DNA of 64,000 nt from Eledone cirrhosa (lineage: Eukaryota), in the NCBI GenBank assembly GCA_964016885.1, contig OZ024741.1, positions 381,796,001 through 381,860,000 on the forward strand. The letters run 5' to 3'. Positions 13,190-25,384 of this stretch are shown piece by piece. A program made the translations under genes and the position numbers. The notes under the pieces are model-generated. The model ran no database searches and was not told where the DNA came from. It saw only the letters and a program-made list of their open reading frames with translations. Position 1 is the stretch's first letter. The number at the start of each line of letters is the position of its first letter.

Positions 13190-15075
13190 CATTCCTGCAT
13201 CCCAGATTGAACATCACATAAACACCACCTGGACGGATGTCTGCGGACATAGACAACTTCCCAACAAATATAAAAATAAGCCTTACCACCAGAAACAGCA
13301 GACTACCAACGTTCTAGCACCTCATTAAAACCCCCAAAACCAGTGTTAATCTACAGATTTGACCAATTGTTTCGAGTATAGAAGGACCCCTCTATAAATC
13401 TCTTGATTCCTCTCCCAGATCCTCAAGCCTATACTTGATATTTTACCTGGACATCTCAGCAGCTCCGACAAAGTCATACAAAGACTACATGAACTACAAC
13501 CTAACCAACTTAAACTCAACAGATATCCCTTTAGCCTGGAAGTTGTCTCTCTCTAAACGACAGTTGCCGCTCACACAGCAGTCAACCTAGTGACTGACTC
13601 CATCGTTTCATACAATATCTACTGCTTTGGTCTCACCCACAGCACATAAATCAGCTTCTATCAGTCTTCGTAGAAATTACATATTTCACTTTCCACCACC
13701 ACACATACAAATAAACAACAGGCATACCCACGGTGTCCAATCTTTCAGACCTTTTACCCATCACTTAGACGAACAAACTGGAATGTCGAACGCTCAACAT
13801 CTGCCGCTACTGTATTTTCATCACCTGATACATAGATAGTATACTCATCCTCACATCATCCCGCGAAGAGGCAGACATAACATCTAAGGCATTTTCAAAC
13901 ACATAACAACATACGATTTACCAGAAAACACCTCGATACAAATTTTTCTTTGTCTCTACTGGATTTCCAACTCAGTGTAACAGATAAAGGTACTATATAC
14001 ACCAACTTCTATAGGAAAGCTGCCAGCAGAGACCTCTTTTTTCATTATATTTCATCCCTTCCATTTGGTGCTGAAACCGGATACATAAGAAATAAAAATA
14101 CGTATATCCAGAATAAATGTAACAAGCAGAGGACGAGATAACACACACTGCACACTTCATAGATTTACTGAAGTTGAACGGTTACCCAACATTAACAGTG
14201 AATTGACTCAAGAATCGAAGGCACCGCAGGCATAAGATTCCTCTAACACCTGCCTCAGGAAATTACCACATTTTAGTGAAAGTGTAACCACAGCTATCGG
14301 CAGAGCTATCCGCAAAGAAGAACTGGACATATAATTAGCACATTCCAGTCCTTCACCGAATGGGTACGCTTCTAAAAAGCAATCCAGAGACAACATCAAT
14401 CAATGCTCGCTGACTAGCTTCCCTATCCGCGATAGAGTTATGTGCCAGCGAACACGTGGTATATCGGATTGAATGCAACAAATGTAAGGAGTTCTAGATT
14501 GGTAGCACGACTCCAGTACTCCACACTCGCATTAAATAATACCTAAACACACACGCATCATCATTCAAAAAATACATAGACAAACGTAAAAACATCAACC
14601 AATAAAAATGGGGGAAACTTAAGAATTAAAGAAGCCTTGCTCAGACGTAGACTCAACACGCAAATAAATAATAAATTAGAACTCAGCACACACTACTTGA
14701 TATAAAAAGACATGCCCACATGCACATAAACTAAAATCTCATACAAAAAAGAAAATTGATTTCGCGGAATATTACATTGACATTTTACGTCATTCTCGTG
14801 AACAGCGAAGAAGGAATAAAAGAAACGCTTGAAACGACTACTTAGAAAAGTTTAAATCAATGTTTAATCCTAAAGATACGAAATTGGACCATTTAACCCT
14901 GAAGAAGGGAGTTTAAAGGCCCGAAATATTGGACATAAAAAATTAAAATAACAACCAAAAAACAAAGATTATCAGTTAACTTACTTTTCGTTCGCTCATC
15001 TTACAGTATATGTTGGTTTGTTTAGTCTTCTATCACTTTCAACATTATATACAATGCTTCAAGAAAACTATATTC
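13190..15075 (+). mobile_element. Decayed PLE (RT + GIY-YIG) with 3' HHR-like motif
   Basis: SLLDFQLSV..FYRKAASRDLF..GYIRN; VYRIECNKC..IGSTT..LHTRIK; CTGAAGA-AGGG..CCC-GAAA at 14899-14926; tail ACAATGCTTCAAG..AACTATA shared with the element at 16420-17830. Confidence 0.75.
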
Positions 15076-15600
15076 TAGGTAGCAATGTTCCGATGACGAT
15101 GAGAACGAGAAATGCGTTGGCAGTTGTCCCCCTATAAGTCTAGTGGAATCCGGTAGACGGCATCAGCCCTCAGATTCTCAGTATTCTTAGTATTTATTTT
15201 GATAGCCGGCTATCAACATAGTTATCAGTAAACATACAGTATATCATTAGATATTCAAAATTTACATACACACACACACACACACATACACACAGACACA
15301 TGTATATTGTATGTGTGTGTTTGTGTAACTGTGTGTGTGTGAGTATGCGTGCGTCTCTCTGACTCTCTCTCTCTCCCTCCCTCCCCCCTCTCTCTCTCTC
15401 TCTCAGTATGCAACACGCCAACAGAAATAACAAAGCAAACGACATAATACAATGAAGAAATATATTATTAATTTTACGCTTGATATAGTAGAAAAACAGT
15501 CTTCAAATTTCGGGCGCTAGTCCTTCATTCGAAAATAGGATGAGAAAATAATGATGCATTATATATATATATTTATATATATATATATATATATATGAAT

Positions 15601-16392
15601 AAAGTTAGTCCTTCATCAGTGATCTTCCAACCATCATTGGTATTTCATCGCTTTAAAGACCATATACCTCCGGTTGGTTCGAGCAACGGCTTAAAAAAGT
15701 TGTTGGAACACGTAAATAAAGGAGACACGAGAGTGTAAACAGACAAAGATGGTGAAGCAACGAAAAGTGAGGAGACAAGTCCCAAATTTCCATGAATATA
15801 AGTTCGGTGAAATCGTGAACGAGAGAGAACGACCATCAAACCTGGTTGGAATGTGAGCAAGGAAGGAATTCCGTACAGGTCTAACGGGAGGAAGAAGGGA
15901 TCTAGTCTGTGAATTCGGTGAACGTAAGTTCTGTGAAATCGTAGACGAGAGAGAGAAAAAAAGCGACCTGCCTGACCAAGGGTGCGAAAGAAAAGAATTA
16001 CGCACAGGTCAAACGGGAAGAAGGAGGAGGAGGAGAGATAGTAACAGAGAGTGAGTGAGTGAAGGGTGAGGAAGAGGCTAACATAGAGAGTGACTGTTAG
16101 AGAGGGTAAAGATACAGAGAAAGAGAAAGCAGTAATAACGAAATAGAGGGGTCACAGCGGGGGAAAAATATGTGTAAATATGAGAATAAACGTGCTCGTG
16201 GTTGCTAATGGGTTACATATGAAAAAAGTTAGTCCTTCATCAGTGATCTTCCAACCATCATTGGTATTTCATCGCTTTAAAGACCATATATCTCCGGTTG
16301 GTGCGACCAACAGCTAAAAAAAGTCGTTGGGACACGTAAATAAAGGGGACACGAGAGTGTAAACAGACAAAGATGGTGAAGCCACGAAAAAT
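15601..16392. repeat. ~170-bp direct repeat (15601-15770 / 16226-16392) enclosing two ~125-bp purine-rich tandem units
   Basis: AAAGTTAGTCCTTCATCAGTGATCTTCCAACC.. twice; a third inverted partial copy at ~41600-41755. Confidence 0.75.
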
Positions 16393-16419
16393 ATATTTAT
16401 ATATAAATATATATATATT

Positions 16420-17830
16420 TGAGGAAGTTATAGTTCACTTGAAGCATTGTGTAATGAGGTATACACGTGTGTATTTGTAAAGCCAAAACATTTCAGGTAT
16501 GGACATAGAATATAAATGCAAATGCAGAAGATATTGTTGACAATTAGTATTTTACCTTAAATTTATTTAAATGTCCTTAATTTTCGAGATAATATCTCTT
16601 CTTCGGAGGGAAGTAAAGCGGTTAAACCAGCGTTCTAAATAGCCCGCCAAGTCATGCTGACAGGAAATGGTATAGAGTATCTGTTCTATCTCTAATGTCA
16701 AAGAGTGAAGGTTAGGTGGATAAAGAGTAGTCTCCCTTTAAAAGGGTTTTGTACATGTATGTTTAAGTGTGTGGGAGAATACGTGAAGGTGTAAGTATGT
16801 GTGTGTGTGTGTGAGTGTGAGAAGGTTTGTCTATACGTAAATGTGAGGGATAGATGTTCTCTCGTGTTAGAACTGGTCTTTGCGTGTGTATGTGTGTGTG
16901 TAAGAGAGAATAAGTGGAGAACTAAGCGCGCGTGTGTGTGTGTGTGTGTGTGTGTTGGGGGGAGGCGTAAGGATGGGACTAGATGCTGTATTAAGTTATG
17001 AATTGGGTGTTGAGTTCTAATCTATTATTGATCGGTGGTTGTGTTTCGTCTATAATCAGTGCTTCCTTAATTCTAAGATTGCCGAGGTTTCTTTCCTTAG
17101 TTTCTATCCTAACTGTTATGGTTTTGTTGGTGTTTTTGCATTTCACTAGGTTTTTCTTAAATGAGGAAGCGTTAGTATTGAGGTGTTCTTTTATTCTTAT
17201 GTAAAGTGGTCTGGTGGTGCTACCTACGTAGCAGTTGAAGCATTTGTCGCACTCTGGTCTGTATACGACGTAGGCCTGGTGGCATAGGTCTGTGTCGTTG
17301 ATGGGGCAGTTGGCTAGACTGCAGCGGCTGTCATGTCTGGTGGAGAGTCTTTTGGTTAGCTGTCCGCGTAGAGAAGGTCCTGAGTGGGCTAGTTGGATAT
17401 CTAGTCCCGCTTGTCTGATAGCTCTGCGGATGGCTGTTGTTGTTTCGTCACTGAAGTGTGGGAGCGTCAGGAAGCAAGTGTTAGTGCCTGGGGTTTGGTG
17501 TCCTCTGTTCTTTCTGGCACGGTTCGTGGTGGTTGTCGGGTATCCATTCAGTTTGAGTACTTCCAGGAAATGTGTGGTGTGTGTGTCTCGGTCTCTAGCG
17601 TCAGTCTATTTCTTCCGGATACGTGTTAGTTCGTTCCTTATGTATCCGGACTTAGCGCCGGCTGGGAGGGCCGATCTGAAATGTACGAAGAGGTCCCTGC
17701 TGGCGGCTTTTTTTTTTATAGAAGCAGGTGTGGATGTTTCCTTCCTGTTACCCTGAGTTGGAAGTCCAGTAGGGATAGGGATCAGCGGTCATCGGGGTGT
17801 TCCATGCTGAACTTCAATCTGGCGTCCATG
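16420..17830 (-). mobile_element. 5'-truncated PLE (RT thumb + GIY-YIG + 3' region)
   Basis: Minus strand: LSLLDFQL..KAASRDLFVHFRSALP..GYIRNE; CSLANCPINDTDLCHQAYVVYRPECDKCFNCYVGSTTRPLYIRIKEH..LRIKEALII. Confidence 0.85.
16575..16609 (-). ncRNA. Minimal hammerhead ribozyme with CCGAAGA core
   Basis: CCT-CCGAAGA-A-GAGAT(ATT)ATCTC-GAAA-AT-TA-AGG; palindromic stem III AATT. Confidence 0.65.
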
Positions 17831-18042
17831 CTAGAGAATGTCACACACCAGCATAAACACTCACGCACACACACACATATGCGTGCGCGTCTGTGCCTGT
17901 ATACCAGCAACATTCTACATAAGCATTGATCTTTAGTATGCCTCAAGAATTATACATAAGATTATGTGAATTGATATATCTCTATGTGTTTACCTATACA
18001 GAAAGAGAGAAAGAGATACACAGAAAAAAAGATTGAGATGGA

Positions 18043-18144
<102 letters not shown>

Positions 18145-19244
18145 AAAGTTATATGGAGGGTGTAAGAGGGAGATGAATAGATAAATATGTAAACCGATAT
18201 ATAATATCGAAATAAAACTAAATTAGTATTTCCTAGAAATAGAGCCTCTAAAATATTGTAGCTAGGCCTGTTCATTTCTCAATTACTCGGCACATTTGGC
18301 ACATCTAAGTAAGTGCCTTGCCTAAGGGGTTAACTTCACACATTTCTCTATCTTTCTGGCACGACGTAGTCTAAATTGTTTTCATCCTTTACGCTTGTTA
18401 TATCTTTTATAAAGAAAAATCATATGATTCGTATTAGATATAGAACAGAAATCGACGTATTGTCTGTTAAATTCAACCTGAAGAAAATGTCGAAATTTAC
18501 AAGTACAGTTCTTGATGTAAAAGAGAATTAGAGGAAATAAGAATCTGTTTAATATGATGTTTCTTACAGTTACCTCGATAGAATCAAATGTATAATAGAA
18601 CTCACTTACGATGCCGTACCAATGATACACTGAAAACGATATCTCGTCATTTCTCCTTTCTATCCAATGTCTGGGATAGATTTTTTCAAACGTGGAGACA
18701 GTGATCTTTTTCAATTTCCATTCTTACATATACCACACACACATGAACACACGCAAACGTAATTAATTATAAACACACACACACACACACACGCACAGAT
18801 ATATGAATATATATATATATATATACATATATATTCGTACATACATACACATTACATAGGCATACACAAATCCATGCATATATTCATACATATACATAAC
18901 AGAGAAAGACATGTACATGCGCATATATAAGTCGAAACACCGAAAGCTACATATGCAATGTCATCCACACGTACACAGAAACACACTCACACAAACAGGC
19001 ATATAAATATTATTTAGTTGCTGTTTAAGTGTCCACCAAAGTGTATTGATGCAACATTAGAAAACTGTTCCCTCTCTGTTGGTGAGAAATTACTAAAAAT
19101 AAATATAATCATATACAAACATGGCTATGGCTATGTGATTAAGGAGTTCCTATAGCAACCACGTGGCACCTGGTTCAGTCATCGATTGAACAAAGACAAT
19201 TGAGTGGAACTACTTTATCAAAAACTACAGAAAAATGGTGTATC

Positions 19245-19289
<45 letters not shown>

Positions 19290-19369
19290 GGTATTAGGAA
19301 GGCGTAGCTATGCAAACACCGAGGGGCTAACGCCCTCTGGTTATGTCCACCAGAAGCAAGGGGGACAAC

Positions 19370-19412
19370 TGTCTATACATTTCAGGCTTAGCTGGCCTTC
19401 GTCAGGAAGGTC
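19370..19412 (-). ncRNA. Hammerhead-like core at an orphan PLE end
   Basis: CTGACGA-AGGC(CAGCTAA)GCCT-GAAA-TG-TA; stem I pairing poor. Confidence 0.45.
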
Positions 19413-19915
19413 CCTCCCACCGCTTGCGACTGCTTGACTAGAAGACAGGCAAGAAAATATACATTTCTCGTTTGTGTAAATGAGCTGATTAATCTCATTT
19501 GCATATGAAGCTGCATAAGTTGGCTCAACTTATAATAAAAAAGAAATAGTATTTCGCTTCAAGCATAGCTTTATACAATATGTATAAATATTCCGTATCT
19601 CCAAGGAAATAAGGTTTTAGAAAGCCGTGTCTATGCAAACACTGGGGAGCTAGAAAATGTTTAAAACAAAACATTTTATTTTGTGTGAAGTGTTAAGGTA
19701 TTAGTTAAATTATTTATTAATTAACTATGAGATTTATTTATTTATTTATGTATTTATTTATTTATCTATGTAATAATTGTCTATTACCCGTTTCAGCATT
19801 TTATGCATTGACAAAGGGGGATTTGGTATTGGTATAAAATGTTGGAGAGACAATAATGTGATCATGAACATGTTAAGGAAATGGGAAAGAAAGAATATTA
19901 TTATTTACAAACAAA

Positions 19916-20100
19916 GGGCGGTGGATTGGCAGCATCGGTAGAGGGTCGTACGCCATGCTTTCCAGCATAGTTACGTCCCTTTACGATCTGAGTTCAAATC
20001 CCGCCGAGGTTGACTTTGCCTTTCATCCTTACGTGTCGATAAAATATAGTACCAGTAATGCACTGGTTAATTGCTGGCCTTGTGCCTAAAGTAGAAACAA
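19916..20100 (+). mobile_element. Full-length SINE with 15-bp TSD
   Basis: Same family as 1302; ATTATTTACAAACAA at 19900-19914 and 20100-20114. Confidence 0.9.
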
Positions 20101-20120
20101 TTATTTACAAACAAGGTTTG

Positions 20121-20233
<113 letters not shown>

Positions 20234-20240
20234 TATATAT

Positions 20241-20302
<62 letters not shown>

Positions 20303-20303
<1 letters not shown>

Positions 20304-21347
20304 CCGGTGGGTGTAACTAGGAGTTACTGCAGGTTCACCCGGGTGAGCACTCGATGTTTAGGTTCACTTCTGTGATGATGTGTAGAGCTATGCAGAGTGT
20401 AAAATATAGAAAGGATAAAAGGGTCGATTGATTATTCCTTCATTGCATTTATTGATAGGTGACGCGCGTTTCGCCACTGATCAGCTCAAGGTTCTATCTA
20501 TATCGATGCTACCCGACTCAATAATCGGCAGCTTGACGAACCCTCTTAAAATGCTATAAGAAAATGAAATACATGCTATGTGGTAAAGTCAGAGTTTCAA
20601 GAGTTTGACAAAATGAGGTGTTTTGATTGGTGAGAAGGATCAAGGCGATGTACTGTCCTGTAGTGTATATGGGGGTCGGTGTGATGGTGAGATGTTGGTG
20701 ACGGTCTGGGATGAGGTGGGCTGTGGTGTGGTGGTAGTGGGTTGGCCTTGGCGTGTAGAGTATGTGGGGTGGATGTGATGATATGGTGGTGGTTAAGGTT
20801 ATTTAGTGGGATGGGCTGTGGTATGAGGTTAGTGGATTGTCAGTAGACGGGTTGGCGTATGGGTGGGTGTGTGGTAGTGGTGCCTTTGTCTATGGTAGCG
20901 GCGTTTGTGGTGGTGTGGTGGATGTATTGGTGGCGTCAGGTCCTTACATAGATAAATAGTTAGACGCTCGTCGTCTGACAGATACCTTGTATATACGTAT
21001 ACGCACACACATATATGTATATATGTGTACATATATTGTTGTATAAATACACACAACATAAAGCACATACGCACATCCTTGCCCACACATATCTGTATAC
21101 GCTCACACACAGCCATATGTATATGTACACACATGTATGTGCATCCGCGCATGCGGACACGAATATGGAGAGTGGGGGAGTATCGGTGGGGGTGGCAAAC
21201 GACAGAGATGTGGGGAAGGTGAGAGGCGATGTAGAAGGTGTTTTACATATATACATACACATACATACACATGGGTATGGGCACATGGACTCACACTCAT
21301 GTATGCAAGATATACACATACACACTCGCACACACGTATCCTCACAC

Positions 21348-21380
<33 letters not shown>

Positions 21381-22914
21381 GATACACACACATGTACCGA
21401 CACCTACACATGCACGCACATATACACATACGTGCACATATATGAGCTCACCTACACATACAGTCAGATTTACCCATATACATATATGTAGACGTACACA
21501 TACACACATACATACACATACATATATACACACACATACACACATGCATACACATACATATATATATATATATATACAGACATATATATACACACTCATA
21601 GACATATGCATACACATGTGTTCACATACACACACACATACAGATAAATTTGCGCACACGCACACACACTTAAAACGCCCGTATGAGTAAAATACTTACA
21701 CACACACACACACACTATTGTTGGTTGGGGAGTGGAGCTATGTTTTGTCGGTGTTGATGAAGTATGGAGTTGTGTTTTGTGGTGGTGGTGGTGGTGGAGT
21801 TGTGAGGGACAAAAATATATATACCGGATCGAATACCAGTTAAAAGGTGACATAGGGAACGCGGGGGAAAAGCGTTTATGGACGTACGGCGATGTGTTGT
21901 GGACATGGTGATGGTGGTGGTGCTGGGGTGATATGTTCGGCAAGATGATTGCATGATCAGAGGTTACGGTGTGTTATATGGTAGGCAGACGGGGTGTGGG
22001 GGGTATATAATACAGTCGATTTGGGAGCGAGGGATGATACGTGTTGATGATGTAATGATAATGATTGTTGAAGTATGTGGATGTATTTAGTGTGCGTGCG
22101 ACAGTACAGTTACAGGGTCGAATTTAGCGTGGGGTTGCAGGTTAGGGTAGATAGAGGGAACATAGGGGGATGAGGATGTAGGCGTGTATGGTATGCACAT
22201 GACGATGTGTGGTGTGGTGGTGGTGGCAATGGTGTGATATGATCGACATTGTATTTACAAGGTCCCTTGTCATTGTGGATTGCAAGGTAGAACGTATAAT
22301 ATGGTAGCGATTTAATACGATGTTGCAACTATGAAGTGTGTATGTTGATGTCAATTTTGGTGGTGGTGATGGTGATGTGTGCGGCATGATATACAAATGG
22401 GGGCTTAGAGATGGTAACATGGAGTACACTACAATAAGTTCATTGAGGTGGGCGATGTTGAGACGGGGTATAGGTGGTTGTTAATATGGTGTGTCATGGT
22501 TGGTGTGATTTTTGGTGTGGGTTATGTATGCGGCATGATATACAAAATACGGGCTTACATATGGTTAAATTCAATGAAATGAAATAAGATAAAGTGAAGT
22601 TAGATTAGAATTAAAGTTCGTTGAGATGGGCGATGCTGATACGGGGCAGGTGTGGTTATTATTATGGTGGGTCATGGTTAGTGGGTGGTCTTCCCGCGAA
22701 AGTTTGTGCAGAAAAGGTGTGCATCCTAGTATGTCTGCAATTGACAATTATGTCCGCCCTATAGTTTATGGCGGAATCAAGTTTAATTATTTCCGCCGCC
22801 TCAGCTAGGCACAATCTGCAGTGGTTTCTGTCACTGGGGATATATGCCACACGTCTTTTTACTGACCACGAGATCCGGGGTTCAATATTCCTGTCCTTGG
22901 TGTCGGTACATGTG

Positions 22915-22971
<57 letters not shown>

Positions 22972-23906
22972 GTGTGAGTATACGTGTGTGCGAGTGTGTA
23001 TGTGTATATCTTGCATACATGAGTGTGAGTCCATGTGCCCATACCCATGTGTATGTATGTGTATGTATATATGTAAAACACCTTCTACATCGACTCTCAC
23101 CTTCCCCCCATCTCTGTCGTTCGCCACCCCCACCGATACTCCCCCACTCTCCATATTCGTGCCCGCATGCCCGTATGCACATACATGTGTGTACATATAC
23201 ATATGGCTGTGTGTGAGCGTATGCAGATATGTGTGGGCAAGGATGTGCGTATGTGTTTTATGTTGTGTGTGTTTATACAACAATATATGTACACATATAT
23301 ACATATATGTGAGAGCGTATACGTATATCCAAGGTATCTGTCAGACGACGAGCGTCTAGCTATGTATCTATGTAAGGACCTGACGCCACCAATACATCCA
23401 CCACACCACCACAAACGCCGCTACCATAGACAAAGGCACCACTACCACACCCCCACCCATACGCCAACCCGTCTACTGACAATCCACTAACCTCATACCA
23501 CAGCCCATCCCACTAAATAACCTTAACCACCACCATATCATCACATCCACCCCACATACTCTACACGCCAAGGCCAACCCACTACCACCACACCACAGCC
23601 CACCTCATCCCAGACCGTCACCAACATCTCACCATCACACCGACCCCCATATACACTACAGGACAGTACATCGCCTTGATCCTTCTCACCAATCAAAACA
23701 CCTCATTTTGTCAAACTCTTGAAACTCTGACTTTACCACATAGCATGTATTTCATTTTCTTATAGCATTTTAAGAGGGTTCGTCAAGCTGCCGATTATTG
23801 AGTCGGGTAGGATCGATGTAGATAGAACCTTGAGCTGATCAGTGCGAAACGCGCGCCACCTATCATTAAATGCAATGAAGGAATAATCAATCGTCCTTTT
23901 TATCCT

Positions 23907-23912
<6 letters not shown>
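20303..23912 (-). mobile_element. 5'-truncated PLE with ~1-kb inverted pseudo-LTR
   Basis: EN C-terminus on minus strand ~22700-22898 (ISWSVKRRVAY..HCRLCLAEAAEII..INYRADIIVNCRH); arms ~20405-21404 / 22899-23912; (AT)n both sides. Confidence 0.85.
20457..20543 (-). ncRNA. Degenerate long-stem-II hammerhead (mirror copy at 23776-23860, +)
   Basis: GGGT-[TCGTCAA]-GCTGC..~50 nt..GTGGC-GAAA-CGCGC-GTC-ACC; the CUGAUGA box is mutated here but intact in the relative at 59576. Confidence 0.5.
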
Positions 23913-23986
<74 letters not shown>

Positions 23987-23989
<3 letters not shown>

Positions 23990-25384
23990 ATGAAATATAA
24001 GAATCAAAGAACTGTTCAAAACATTATTGTGCTTACAGCTGTTTCCTCCAAACCGAGGTTTGGATTCTTCGGAGCAATTTATCAATGCATGGACAGTTAT
24101 ATGACCTCCTTTTCAGCTGAGGGACATACCAATACATATTCAAACATTGATACATATTCAAACATTGTGGGTCAACATTCATTACAAAATTTAGAGTGGC
24201 AGTACACACTTCGAGATTACATTTATATTAATAGGTACAATCAAAAATCAAAGATATAGGTTAAAGTACAACATGAAGGTAAGTGGTTATATAGTGCAAA
24301 TGTTATATGTGTGGCACGCATGTGCGTCTTGTTTATATAGTGTGGCAGAGAGATATGTGTGGTAGAGGCACTTAGGTAGGTAAATAAGAGTGTTAGGTTG
24401 GTAGATCTGGTGGCAAAGTCTTTATATGATTGATGTAGTCTGTGTGTGGAGAAATATTATAAACATTAAAGATAGTGCAAGCATTAAAAGTGTTATAAGT
24501 ATTGGAGATGCACAACGCAGGGATGTCACGTAATTCATGTACTTCGGCATTTTCATGGTCAAGGGAGTGTATATTTCGATTATATGCCTTTCACATAATC
24601 CACGACAATCCAGTTAGAGATCGTAGTCTGGTGTTCCTTAGTTCGATACAGGAGGTTGTTACGTTTCGAGAGACGCCATTGAATACCGGAAGTGTGTGTG
24701 TGGCTAAGGGGAGTTAATGCATGCGGGGAGGTAACTCTGGGGTTTCTATATCTAGCCATTAAAATGTGTCCCAATATGGACCCTAAATTCTATGGTGAGG
24801 TGCACCTTCCAAGAGAGACTTTTAAAGCATAAAGTGTACTAACTATAGAGTAGTTTAACTAAATTATGCTGAAGGGGATCATATTAATATTAAGGTGGAT
24901 TAACCCATCTTAAGGTGCTACAAATGGAAATTATAGATGATGAGCGAGGATTCTAAATTAATGATCTCTGTGGTTGTAGTCTGCTCATATGACCAGGCGC
25001 GGTGATTGCAGGATTGCTTCAGGACCCAATGATCTCTGGTAAGATCTGGGTCATCGCTTGCTACATTGGATGTCGAAAGATAATCGTCCCCAGGCAGGCC
25101 AAAGGTCAATCCGCAGTCCTCGCGACCCCTCTCTGACCGTCAGATCATCCATATACGTACAACCCGCACGGCAGTTGCATTGCATTCACTCCCTGCGCTC
25201 AGCAGCCCGGTCCTACTGGTCAACAGCGCTACTCGATTAAATCATTTTACATCTGTCTAAGGAAGGTGTTTCCTCTGCCCAACACCATCCAACCGATCGA
25301 TTCATGCTCAAATTACCCTTAGAGCGGTGTAGTGCCGTCCAGGTGGGTGGATGTTGTCACACCTGCCGTAGAGGTATAAATGGG
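23987..25384 (-). repeat. Inverted pseudo-LTR copy (pairs with 25511-26908; 126-bp spacer)
   Basis: Position x pairs with 50895-x; I noticed only two mismatches (24083, 24118). Confidence 0.95.

Noticed and set aside
15500-15540. Other partial hammerhead-like strings (15500 -, 32530 -, 38327 +, 43435 -, 46590 -)
   Set aside because: Core or stems too damaged to call; possibly decayed PLE HHRs
18601-18720. Strong minus-strand splice donor GTAAGTGAG with a possible micro-exon
   Set aside because: No partner exons or recognisable protein; needs RNA-seq
20829-23490. Many 100-170 aa ORFs rich in YI/HT/CV repeats (also around 31603, 40687, 45219, 50159, 62024)
   Set aside because: Translations of (AT)n and (AC)n microsatellites that lack stops; not genes
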